Shown here in pieces: positions 12,125 to 24,420 of a stretch of DNA of 64,000 nt (position 1 is the first letter of the stretch; each line of letters begins with the position of its first letter). The position numbers and the translations under genes are program-made. The DNA is from Octopus sinensis. Lineage: Eukaryota. The notes under the pieces were generated by a model. The model was not told where the DNA came from, did not search any database, and worked only from the letters and a program-made list of their open reading frames with translations. The DNA is taken from assembly GCF_006345805.1 (NCBI RefSeq), contig NC_043006.1:72912001-72976000 (forward strand), read 5' to 3'.

Positions 12125-12925
12125 TCCTGTTACAGTGGAGGATAGACGGAAACAGAGAGTATGGGACAATCTGCCTTCAGGTGCCACTTTCATCTCTCTC
12201 CTTGATCAATCTGATTAATTTTCAAGGTGTCGCCTACTTCTTCCATTCAGCTTGTGCAAAATTCTGAGGACTGGATTGATGCCTTACCTGTGGTCAACAT
12301 TGGAGTTTTACTCAATCTAGATGAACTCTGCATCCCTATCACACTCAGAGTAAGAGATGATATTTGTAGGGGACTGAGACGCCGCTGTGGTTGGTCCCCT
12401 CGTCCCCACAAGTCTTCACGGTCTGTCTTGTCGCCCAAATGCTGATCGCTTCGCTCGTCAGACCGAGCTAAATTTAATCATTAAGCGGACCCTGGCTCGG
12501 ATTAATATCCCTCAGTTCTGGGGCTGTCGGATTTATCCAGCAGTGATGGAAAGAGACCAGATGGTCTTATCCTCTGTCCTTTGCTTAGAGGTAGATGCCT
12601 CATTTGGGACGCTACAGTCTGCGACTCCTTAGCTCCCTCCCACATCCTGGATGCTGCAGTTAATGGGAGGGCCACTGCTTCTGTAGCCGAATGGAAGAAA
12701 CCCCTGAAGTATGGTGACCTGACAGTGAACTATCTCTTCAAACGCGTGGTGTTTGAGAATTTCAGAGGGACTGGGCAATTAACCGCGAAGTTCTTGTCAA
12801 CGTTGGCAGCTCGCCTCGCCGATGCCCGTGAGGACGCTTTGCTTTCTCAACGCCTTAGCCACGCTATCGCTCGTGGTAATACTGCGAGCGAGCTGGCTTG
12901 CTTCGGTGGGTTCCGTTAAACCTTG
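12125..12925 (+). mobile_element. 3' part of a CRE-like (RLE-bearing) non-LTR retrotransposon, frameshifted
   Basis: Joined frames give SEDWIDALP...HGLSCRPNADRFARQTELNLIIKRTL...DGKRPDG...IWDATVCDSLAPS...QRLSHAIARGN, i.e. a zinc knuckle plus a PD-(D/E)xK restriction-like endonuclease. Confidence 0.8.
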
Positions 12926-15818
12926 TGGTATGCGACCAGTTGCTGTGATTTTTAAAAAAATAATAATTCTCCAAAATACGGTTTTAACATAAAGATTTAG
13001 AAGAATTCGACGGAAGTTCTCCAGTACTTTTCTTTCATGAAAATAAATGTTTATATTAATTTAAAAATTTGCCAGCAAAGTCTTATAAAATGACAATGTT
13101 CTACTAAAATATATATATATATTTTCCAAAATTAAAATAAAGGGTTTGTTTTTTCACTATACAAGAAAAACATAACAATATAAAACTAGACAACTGCTCT
13201 GTGAATACAGAAAGATAAATCGAAGGACAAAAAGAATCGATAATTGTGTGTGTGTACACATCTGTCTATCTTTCGATAGATAGATAGATGGATGGATAGA
13301 TAGGGAATATGAGAAAGCAAAATTAGTTCAGGGGAGATAACTTGGATAACCTAATTAAATACTGAGGAAGACCTGGGATGATTTCCTTTCATTTAAGCGG
13401 CCTTGGAAAAGAATTATGAGCTTTACCCTTTCACTACTGACTGAACCAGGTATGGACAACCTTTTTCGATAAGCATGCTATGATTTGTTATAGAAAATAT
13501 TATCAGATTCAGTATGTTTAAATTTTTCCGTTTTCATGTATATTAATATTTTCAGTTTTCTATAATTTGTTATAAAAATATTATCAGATTCAAAACGGTG
13601 TTTCATCTTTTCACATTTTATTTTTATTAATTTTTTTCATTTTTGTTTTGTTTTATTGAGGGTTAAACATTTATTTTAAGTTAAAGGAAATAACCAAAAG
13701 TACCAATATTTCTCGTAAAACGCGGCGGGGGAGGGGAAATAACCCAATTTTTTAATGGTGGCGAGATAACCAAAAATTACCGAATACCCAAAACTATATA
13801 AATTAAATGTAAGACAGTCACCTATCCTTTTCATCTCTACAAAAAAACAAAAAAAAATCTCAAAAGCTGAATAAAGGGAGGGTCCTCTGTGGTTCTTTAA
13901 TATGCTAGAAATAGCAGCCAAATCTTCCTCAAATCCCTCCCTAATGTCTTAGAGGGGGAAAAGAACACATTGGATAATGTAATCCCTGTTTATATATGTG
14001 TGTGTGTTTGTGTGTATGTTTAAGATGGATTGTCATAAATGGAATGACTTTGATAATAGGCCTGTTTTATTAGGGCTGACCCCGGGTTATACAACAGTAT
14101 GAAAAACTGATGAAACAGGTGTGCATATTTATAAGAAAGTCTAGAGAGAGCTGAAGATCTCCAGAGAATTAATCCCTCTGTAAGCAAGTGTTTCTGCCTT
14201 TCTTACAATCTAAGGGGGTTTGACTGTATTTAGGTCATGATTCTTGGATACCCCTCAGCTGCTTCATTGTGTAGTATTCTTTACTTTTTAACCTGCACCT
14301 TCTTGGGTGGTCAGATGCTCCAGATCCAAGATACCTTGGTAATTGTAACTGCTTCAGTCTGAGACAATGGTTGTACGTAGAGTAAGTTATTACTTCCAAA
14401 ATTCGCTTTTATTCCTCTTTGACCAAATCCAGTTAGAATACATCAATACATATTGGTTTCAAATTTTGGCTGAAGGCCAGTAATTCCAGGGAGAGTGTTA
14501 GTCAGTTGCATTGACCCCAGTGTTCAACTGGTACTTGCTTTACCGACCCCGAAAGGATGAAAGGTAAAGTTGATACCGACGGAATTTGAGACTCAGAACA
14601 TAAAAAGACGGACGAAATAACATTTTGCTCAGCATGGTAATGACTCTGCCAGCTTACCACCTGAATATGTTAATACATAATAATTTTCACTAGACATGGA
14701 ATTCATTTCAGCTCAACACGATGACTGGTGCTTGTGGTATTATTTTCATTAACTTCAAATAGTATACCAAATTCTCTCTCATTTTCTACAATAATCTTTC
14801 CCCAGAATTGGACATATATCAGATGTTTTGGCACAGACTATTTGGCATCCCTAATTTGACATTTTAATAAATTGTAATGTTTCTTTCTCACTCTATCTGT
14901 ATGTGTAAATTTCTGCATGTATGTGTTTGCTTCCAACGCCATAAAATACTGACACTAAAACTGCGACATCGACGTCCAAGCAGCAATGCTCAGTTAATCT
15001 CATTTCTGCTGCAGTATACTCTGTTCCCAAGAAGTACTGCCTCTCTAATCCTACTATCAAGTTATTGCTTCAAAGTCATAAAAAAAAACTGCCCTTTCAT
15101 TACACCGTATCTCTTTATTGGCCACCAATATGTTTTCTGTTGAACAGAGATTCCCAACATTTTTCGGTTCATTTTTATTCTTTGGAAATGCTTTGAAAGT
15201 AAATTTACTCTAACCCTGTTTCGTTCAGTAATTAGAGTTTACAATTCTAAAATGAAAAAATATCTGTCAAAAGGAAAATTTTAAATACAGTTTTTAATGT
15301 TTATTTAAATAACAACGAAGTTGGTGAACGGGCAGAACAGTTAGCTCGCTGAACGAAATACTTATCGGCATTTCTTACAGCTCTTACGTTCTTAGTTCAA
15401 ATTCTGCTGAGGTCTAATTTGCTTTCATCCTTTCCGTGTTGATAAAATAAGTATTGAGTACTAGGGTCGTTGTAGTCGACTAGCCCCTCCCCTAAAATTG
15501 CTTGTGCCAAAAGTCGAACATATTTTAGCAATAAAAATAGAACGTAAAAGTTATTTCACTGGGTTTTTTTTATGAACTAATGAGGAAAAGATACCAAAAC
15601 CAAGCAAGGTCTCTGGAATTAGATTAGCAACACAGTAATCAAGAACTGTATAATACAGATCGTTAACTAAATGGTAGAAAGAAAAAATAAATTAGTAGTT
15701 TTTCATTAAATAGGCCTGCATTAAATTTTCTTAACTCTTAAAATAATAATTTACCGTAAAAACTCTCCACCTCCGAGAGATGAAGAGTTAATTTTGCCTT
15801 CGGATTAGAATCCAATGA

Positions 15819-16216
15819 GGATCTTTTCTGTTTGAACGGCAGTTTTTTCTAGCCGTGTCATATGAAATTGTCACCCGTAATTATAACCCTAGTATCGATG
15901 GTTAGTTAGGGTTAGGCGTGGGGGAAGGGTATCTTTTTTTCTTCACAAATGTAAATGAACCCAACCTGTTTCTTAAACGAGGGACATATTCATACGGCAC
16001 AGAATGGTTTTTTTTTACCTCAATAGACGTCAGTGATTGGTTGAAATTGCAGAAATTGAAGAAAAAAACAACAACAAATATCTTACAAACTATGGAATTT
16101 TCTCAATAAAGCTAAGAGAAAAAGATGTTTTATAAACACATTCTACCAGTATACGAAGTTTAAAATTTTTTAGTTACCTAGAAATTATGTTAAAAACTGC
16201 CGTTCAAACCGAAAAC
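15819..16216. mobile_element. MITE with TIRs and internal TTAGGGTTAGG
   Basis: TTTTCTGTTTGAACGGCAGTTTTT / AAAAACTGCCGTTCAAACCGAAAA, with flanks CAATGA / AAATGA. Confidence 0.7.
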
Positions 16217-17137
16217 AAATGAATCGTCCACTTTCGTGGATGCGAAACCATTGGCCACTTCATGAACAAGCATTAACTTTATTACTTTGATATATACTGA
16301 CACACAAATCCAGAATCTGCAAATTTACCCTCTGACGCTAAATTTTCTCCAGTTTCAGAATCTCTATTTTTGAGCCGGTTTTATGAAGACTTGCATGCAT
16401 TACTACATCAAGAGTTGCTGCCCTTGGCATAATCCGACTCATTATCTCTTTACTCTCTTATAAGCTGCCTATATTGATACTCTATCTGCCACTTATTGGG
16501 AGTTTCCACTCTGAATCCTCTCTACCACAGTATATATTGATAATGCGCCCTTTTTACATCCCAAACACTGTCAAGTCTTGTGTCTATATGGGTTTGGCTA
16601 TAAAGCATCATTTTAATATATTAACGACATGCTTTCTGATACTTCTAACCACACATTTTTATGATGTAAGTTTTGTTTGTTCCTTCTCGAGCCACACCTG
16701 GCTCATAAGGGCCGGTTCCCCGGTTTCTTTGGCGTATAGGTTCCCCACCTGGACGGGACGCCGGTGAGCTGCAAGATACAGGAGGAAAGAGTGAGTGAAA
16801 GTTGTGGCGAAAGAGTCAGCAGAAGTTAAACATTACCTTCTGCCAGAGCCGCGTGGAGCTTAGGTGTTTCGTTCATAAACACACACATCGACCAGTCTGA
16901 GATTCGAACCCGCGAGTCCGCTGCTCTAACCACAAGACCATGTGGCTCCACATGATATAAGTAACACTTTTCATTCTTCCTTTTACCCACGCACAACCTA
17001 GACAGAGGTCTTATGCTAGATATGTATTACTTCTATAAACAGATCCAACCAATGAGGATACAACGACTTAGTCTCCTTCAACACTACTAAAACTCAAAAT
17101 ACACACCATGGACACGGCGTTACCTTACACTCACTCA

Positions 17138-17168
<31 letters not shown>

Positions 17169-17177
17169 ACACACACA

Positions 17178-17225
<48 letters not shown>

Positions 17226-19754
17226 GTTGATAAAGTTATTTACAGGCACAATTCTGGCAAGATGCAAGTATGGCTGTGTGGTTGAAGTGTTTTGTGACAC
17301 GTTATTTTGGGTTTGATTCCTTGATCTCACTCCATGGTGCTTTTGCAAATCTGACTCGGCCTTGACCAGTGCCATGTGAGCGAAGTTTGTAAGATGGAAA
17401 CTGTATGGAAGCTCATCGTATATATGTATGCACACATACACACGTGTATATGTGTGTGTGTGTATGTATAAATCCTTCAACTTCACTTAAAGGCTAAGCT
17501 TCACAATTCTTAGAGCATCTCATGTCTTCTCACATACTCATCTCATACCTTACTCACATATTCAGTTAATGAGAAGAGGAAGATACTCAACAATACACCC
17601 CAACATGTCTCTCCCTTTGTCTCCACTACAGTAGCGTCTGTTTCTGAGAGCTGGCTGATTTCATTCCACTTCCACTCAGATTGAGGGCAGACTGAGCTGT
17701 CACTCAATTGGGCATGTAGGGCCTGCACTCTACATGTTAACTCTACTGATATCAATGCTAAGGGGCCTGATAAACAGTTATGCCCAAGGGCCCTTAATAC
17801 TCTTATTCTACCCCTGACTTAGACCCATCTGACTGATTCATCTCTTTCCTCTTTTGTCATCCCTGTTGGATGTCTTCCCCACTCCTAGATTCTGCACAAA
17901 TCCTTTGAATAGAAAGTTGGCCTTTAGAATGTAGTCTTGGATGTTTGTGTCTGCTGCAGTGGTACCATTCCATTACTTGAGATATGTGTGCAGTACTTTT
18001 TCGTAGGGGGTAGTCAAATGACCAAAGATTATTTTCTGGGTTAGAAGAGTAACTCTAGTCATTGGGATCCAGTTTTAACATCGTATTAAAAATTTTTTTT
18101 TGTTTGTATGTTTAATCTTGAGAAAAGGGTTGTGTCAATGACCTTTACAAACTCTGAGTCCGGTGAGATTGATTACTCTCTTTTACTTGTTTCAGTCATT
18201 TGACTGCGGCCATGCTGGAGCACCACCTTTAATCGAGCAACTCGACCCCGGGACTTATTCTTTTGTAAGCCCAGTACTTATTCTATCGGTCTCTTTTGCC
18301 AAACTGCTAAGTGACGGGGACATAAACACACCAGCATTGGTTGTCAAGCAATGCTAGGGGGACAAACACAGACACACAAACACATACACACACATAATAC
18401 ATATATATGACAAGCTTCTTTCAGTTTCTGTCTACCAAATCCACTCACAAGGCATTGGTCGGCCCGGGGCTATAGCAGAAGACACTTGCCCAAGATGCCA
18501 TGCAGTGGGACTGAACCTGGAACCATGTGGTTGGTTAACATTGATTTTTCTTTTTGTTTTTAATTTGACAGTTGTAAATTGATGGCTGTTGTAACAACCA
18601 GATCTCCCAAAAAGTGGGTGAAATCTTGTGTATTAAGTGTGAAGTTTGAGGACAGTTTATGCTTCAATAAAGACTGGAAGCTGGCTTCCTCTAGAAAGCT
18701 GATTTTAACAAAATCACTATACCAGGTTTGGATGTAAAAGTTACGCTTGAACTTTTTCCAGGAAATTCCATACTTTAGAATCAGTGCTATCTTAAGGCTT
18801 GAGCACAATGAGAAATTCCTCCACAACTTCCTGTTCTTGTTGCTGTGTGGTGGCTTGAATGCCTCAATGAATCTGAGAGCTGTAGCAAGTTCCTTGTAAG
18901 GTCTTCCGTGCCGAACAGGTCAAAGTATTGTGGCTGAACTGATAGGGACCACCTATCCCTAGAGGTAAAAATGACTTAGTGTAGGGCCACCACTCCTACC
19001 TTAAAACAGCAAAATTCCAAAAGGATCATTGACAATTCAAAACAAAGACATGAGAGAGGAAGGCCTTCCCCCTGGGAAACATATGCCTGAAGCATAAGTG
19101 GAGAGGGAACCCACAAGGGCAGCAAGAGAGAGGTTGGAAAAGTAGTAATTTAATTGGAGAGAAGCAGAAAAGACAGCTCAAAATGAAGAATAGTGGAGAA
19201 AAGTCATTGTTAGCCTTTGCTTCATAGGGAGTGAGTTGTTCAATTAGAAAAGTACAAGAACTTTCCCAGGAGACCCATGGGTCCAGAGACCTAATGCAAA
19301 TCTTTGTATGCTGTGACTTACTGTTAACAAATAAATGTAAGGTCTCCAATGCATTGCATTTCCAGAGGGTCTACACTGTTATGATGGCCCTACTTAGATG
19401 GTGTTGTCCAGGGTCCTAATGGAAATCTTTGTATGCTGTGGCTGGTTGTCAATAAATAAATGTAAAGATCCCAGAGCAATCCATCAAAGGGTCTATACTG
19501 CTGTTAAGACGGCCCTACTAAGATGCTATTATTATTTAGCACTGGAGCAAACCTGTAATGAAGGTCATTCTAGCCATGACTCTCCTGTCTTTTCAGATAT
19601 AGCTTGTCTTGGATAATATTATCCAATTATGTTTTATTCATCAGAAACATGAGAGACATCTGACTATTATTTCTAGCATGGTAAATTTTGTAATGTATTT
19701 TTTTTGTTGTTACAGTTGTTGCTACTGTTGTTTTACTTTATTTTGTGTACTGGT

Positions 19755-19822
19755 ATGTGTGTGTTTGTGTATACATATGTACATACATACATAAATTCAT
19801 ACATACACATACATACAAACAT

Positions 19823-19887
<65 letters not shown>

Positions 19888-20068
19888 TGTGTGTGTATGT
19901 GTGTGTGTGTGTATATGTGTGTGTATGTATGTGTGTGTGTGTATGTATGTATGTGTGTGTGTATGTATGTATGTGTGTGTGTATGTATATGTGTGTGTGT
20001 GTATGTATATGTGTGTGTGTGTGTGTGTGTATGTATGTGGTGTGTGTGTATATGCACATGCACACACA
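19755..20068. repeat. Compound (CA)/(TG)/(TA) microsatellite; similar tracts at ~17135-17224, 25780-25930, 35077-35430, 55261-55405, 56507-56680
   Basis: Direct reading. These tracts generate the HT/CV/YI-rich ORFs. Confidence 0.95.
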
Positions 20069-21685
20069 TTAATAGGTTGATTTAGCTCCTTCTGTAAGGC
20101 AGTGAGCTGGCAGAAACGTTAGCACACTGGGTGAAATGCCTAGTGGTATTTCGTCTATCTTTATGTTCTGAGTTCAAATTCCACCAAGGTTGACTTTACC
20201 TTTCATCCTTTTGGGGTCAATAAATTTAGTACCAGTTGCTTACTGAGGTCGATCTTATCAACTGCCTCCTCCACCTTCACTCCTACCCAAACATTTGTGC
20301 CTTGTGCCTAGAGGAGAAAACGATTTAGTTCCTCCAGTTGCTTAAAGTTTTGTGGATGTGAAAAAACATGACCAGATCCCCAGACATATGAAGACATGTT
20401 GGAGGAGCTAAGTGAACCTGTTACTCAATTGATACAACTCCATCTACATGTTGAGCACTAGTTACAATATTTGTTCATTCACTTATTTGATATATATACA
20501 CTTCAGGGTCGTAGTTTAAAGATTGATGAAATCCTATCTATCTTTAAACCATGATCCTTATTTATAAGGGAGCTGTTGTTGTGTATGTGTATCACAAAAT
20601 GTATATAGGCCAAAACAATTTGTTGGCCTTTTGTGGTTTTTTGGAATGGTTGTTTATGTTATATAATATTATGTCATACTATAAATAAATTATTAGATTG
20701 TCAATGGTCTCACTCTATTTAATTTATGTATATATATATACATATATATCTGTGCCGGTGGCACGTAAAAAGCACCCACTACACTCATGGAGTGGTTGGT
20801 GTTAGGAAGGGCATCCAGCTGTAGAAACACTGCCAGATCAGACTGGAGCCTGGTGCAGCCTCCTGGCTTCCCAGACCCCGGTCGAACCGTCCAACCCGTG
20901 CTAGCACGGAAAACGGACGTTAAACGATGATGATGATATATATTTTTAAGAAGCACAAGCACTTGCATGCACAGGTGCACACATGATGGTAACTTCTGCC
21001 TACCAAATTCGATCACAAGGTTTCGGTCAGCCAGAGGCTACAGCAGAAGACACTTTCCCAAGGTGCCACACATTGGAACTGAACCCAAAGCCATGTTGCT
21101 AACCACACAGGCATGCCTTTGCCGACACCATGCCTGCACCTACAAATGCATGAATACACACACACACAGTCCATGTCGGTTGTTAGCTGTCAATTCACCA
21201 AAACTAGTTCATATCCACATACCTTTTCCTCTTTATGGCATTTTTACTGTTCACTTTTTGGTCCTTTTTGTGTTTTATTCTTTTACTGTGCTTTCATTGC
21301 TGTCTTTCTTTACTTAAGTTATGGCTGCTTTCTGCCTTCTCTTTTAACCTTTTCTGATGAGTTGTATTTCACCTGGCCACCATTTATAATATACTCATTA
21401 TATATATATATATGGAGGCCAAGTGGTTAGGGCAGCGGACTCACGGTCGTAGAATCGCGGTTTCGATTCCCAGACCAGGCATTGTGAGTGTTTATTGAGC
21501 GAAAACACCTAAAAGCTCCACGAGGCTCCGGCAGGGGGTGGTGATCCCCGCTGTACTCTTTCACCACTCTTTCTTCTGTTGGCCTGCTCGCTTAGCCAGC
21601 GGGGTGGCGTCATTCGAAGGCTAAAACAATGTGAAAGCATTGTGACCAGCGATGTGTAACTACATCTGATGGACTGGTCGGTCAT

Positions 21686-21715
<30 letters not shown>

Positions 21716-21719
<4 letters not shown>

Positions 21720-22135
21720 TCAATTTAGGGTAGCAAATTTTTTTTTTTTTTTTTTTTTTTTTGCTACCCTAAATGACTAATTGATAATTTTCTGAATAAT
21801 TCTGAGATTGAATCGGCAGTTATATTTACTGCTGAAAGTTTGGCGCGAATACGTCAGTCTTGAACTTTAAGACTATATTCCGTAGGCATCGATACAGACG
21901 CCTCGTGTATATTTGTCTCCCCAGGTTGTACTGATGAAGTGTAACCTATGGTAGATTGGCTTAATTTAATTTAATTAAGCTAATTTAATCATAATGACAC
22001 AGAACAGTTGAACGTCCTAAAAGATGAATTGGGGTAAAGTTTTAAATTTTCACCTAATTTCATTACTACTATCGGCTGTGAGTTATGGCTGCTCTTCTGG
22101 TGGACGAATGACCTGTTAGGGTCACTCCTAAATTG
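21716..22135 (+). mobile_element. Penelope-like pseudo-LTR remnant with a short inverted terminus and a decayed hammerhead
   Basis: Inverted terminus TTAGTCAATTTAGGGTAGCAAA / TTTGCTACCCTAAATGACTAA. CTGATGA-A-GTGT...ACAC-AGAAC-AGTTG at 21931-22010. (TA)n on both sides. Confidence 0.5.
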
Positions 22136-22136
22136 T

Positions 22137-22168
<32 letters not shown>

Positions 22169-22236
22169 TGTGAGTCATCTAAAAGACCATAAATCAGGGA
22201 AAAGATGCACTTGTATATCTGTTAATAGAGTGGGTT

Positions 22237-22562
22237 TATTATCCAAAATATATAGTATTATATATCCATCACGGCTGATATTACCAATAAGTTTTGCACA
22301 AGGAATACATTGGAGTCTTAGGTAACAATCCCTTTATATAACCTTTGCTCATCAAAGTTAGCCAATATGGAAGGGAATATGACGACTGCTCTCTATTGTC
22401 CGACAATTGAGAGGAATCAGCATGTTTCCTTCCATATTGGCTACTCTGATGAGCATAAGATTATATAATCGGATTGTTACCTAACACTCCATTGTATTCT
22501 TTGCGTGAAACTGATTAAGATCAGGCGTGATGGATATATAATACTATATATTTTGGATAATA
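22237..22562. mobile_element. ~325-bp fold-back with hammerhead-like motifs on both arms
   Basis: Arms are reverse-complementary about ~22401. Plus arm: CTGATGA-GCATAAGA...TCTTTGC-GT-GAAA-CTGAT-TAAG-ATCAG (22446-22524). Confidence 0.65.
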
Positions 22563-22748
22563 TATACATATAGTAGAATAAAAAGTCCTTGGTACAGTAT
22601 TCTGTATTTGAAAAAATGAATAGAAATGGCTTTTCTGATAATTTTTCCACTTCTATTCATTTTTTCAAATATATATATATCATTTGTAGCCTTGCCAGCA
22701 ATCACGCAACCTAGTGGAGTAGCCAAGGTTATATATATATATATATAT

Positions 22749-23325
22749 ATCAAAATAAGCAACAAGGATATCTAGAGGTAATGCAGTATGATCGTTTCAA
22801 GCAATTCCATTTAATTGAACAATGCAATCATTACATCAATTTAAATGCTGAGCAATCCACAGTTGCATAAAGACATAGAATTTAATTAAATTAAAACAGA
22901 TGGGCACATTAGTATAATTTTACCTAAAATCTCCAAGAAGGTAAGGAGATAGACAGAGAACATGCTGTCTTCACTTCAGCCTAGAAGCTACTAAGGTATC
23001 GGGAAGAAAGACTTGTTACATTAAAACTCACCCCATAAAATAGTGACAAGCAAAATCTGTAACAAGTCTTTCTTCCTGATACCTTAGTAGCTTCTAAGCT
23101 GAAATGAAGACAGCATGTTCTCTGTCTATCTCCTTACCTTCTTGAAGATTTTAGGTAAAATTATACTAATGTGTCCATCTGTTTTAATTTAAATTCTATG
23201 TCTTTATGCAGCTGAGGATTGTTCTGCATTTAAATTGATGTAATGATTGCATTGTTCAATTAAATGGAGTTGCATGAAACGATTGTACTGCATTACCTTT
23301 GGATATCCTTGTTGCTTATTTTGAT
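22749..23325. mobile_element. Long inverted repeat (~270-bp arms, 37-bp spacer), Penelope-like inverted pseudo-LTRs
   Basis: 22749-23020 is the reverse complement of 23058-23325 with scattered substitutions. A hammerhead lies in each arm. Confidence 0.8.
23206..23293 (+). ncRNA. Type-I hammerhead ribozyme motif with intact catalytic core
   Basis: ATGCAG-CTGAGGA-(long stem II)-GAAA-C-GATT-G-TA-CTGCAT. Perfect 6-bp stem I. The mirror copy at 22781-22868 shows the palindromic loop GATC. Confidence 0.75.
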
Positions 23326-23444
23326 TTTAATCACCTTATTTTGAAATTGTATGGATAATACCGTACTAAATTCTGGTGCCTCAACTTAAGTATCATATTC
23401 ATCTGAATCAATCTGTCTGTTTGTATGTATGTATGTATATTTAT

Positions 23445-24420
23445 TATCTCTGGGACTGTATGTTTCTGCAGCTGGATAAAAAATGTTTGTTAGCCACTCT
23501 TTGAAAAAGCTCTTAGTCAGCTATTCCTTCTAATTGAAATGCCAAATTATGGGTAAATTAAACTTTGTTTAACCCTTGAAAGCATCTGGATTTTTGGTAT
23601 GATAAACAAGTAGAGGTTTTAATTTCATCCTACCAACAACATTTCCTCCAAGAAGACATATCAAACAATGTTTAGAAGCTTTAAATCTTGGTGTTGATTT
23701 TCTTATCATGAAATGAAAATCATCAGCATTTTATACTTGCTCTGGTGTGTAGCTCAATTTAGCAGTTATTTTTTTCAGTTGCTCAAGATATTTAGTAGCA
23801 ACTTCTGTATCAGCATTAACAGCTTCACGAGTTATTTTTAAGCTGTGCAAATTCAAGCACTTCTTAAACTTTTCAAACGAACTTCACTAGCCAGAAAAAA
23901 ACTATTTATAAGAAGTTTCACCTGCCCCTTTTTATGTATATTGTCATACAAACTTTTGGCCCTTTTTTTTCAAAAATTTACTATAATTTTGATTTGCAAC
24001 CACATCATTGCGAGTTTGATCTCACCTCATGGTACATTTGCAAGTGTAATCTTCAACAGCCTCATGATTATTGGCACATTATGTTGAGTTCAGTCCTCAA
24101 TCCATACCTTTAAGAACTGTTTCATTTTAAGCACCACATCAGATTTATGAAAAAATAAAGTTTGGATGGTCAACAAAATAACTTCTTCAGCACTTCACTT
24201 AATTTTCTCTCTATTGTCACCCATTAGTTCCCACTGTAAAAAATGTGCAAGCTTTAATGTTGATGATTTTTACTCTTGTATCAAGCCTTTTTAAAACATC
24301 AACTTTAGTATCCTGAGTAACCCTTTTATGATTCCTTTTCACCCTACTGCATTCAGTCCCACTTGATAGCTTCTTTCTAGATATTTTGTAATGTAGGTAA
24401 ATTCAACAGTGACAGCAATC
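23445..24420 (-). mobile_element. Decayed Tigger/pogo-family transposase relic
   Basis: Minus strand LHSLKITREAVNADTEVATKYLEQLKKITAKLSYTPEQV*NAD...PRFKASK...LLGGNVVGRMKLKPLLVYHTKNPDAF, typical of the TIGD1-like CENP-B/DDE junction. Confidence 0.8.

Noticed and set aside
14150-14390. Possible host exon
   Set aside because: Minus-strand fragments look more like a heavily decayed R4-like RT segment, and no frame is convincing.
18560-18930. Open frames on both strands
   Set aside because: No recognisable motif; probably an old LINE 5' region, too weak to call.
19704-20085. Many overlapping ORFs rich in HT/CV/YI (also ~25688-25956, 35068-35498, 55219-55499, 56490-56856)
   Set aside because: Translations of dinucleotide microsatellites.
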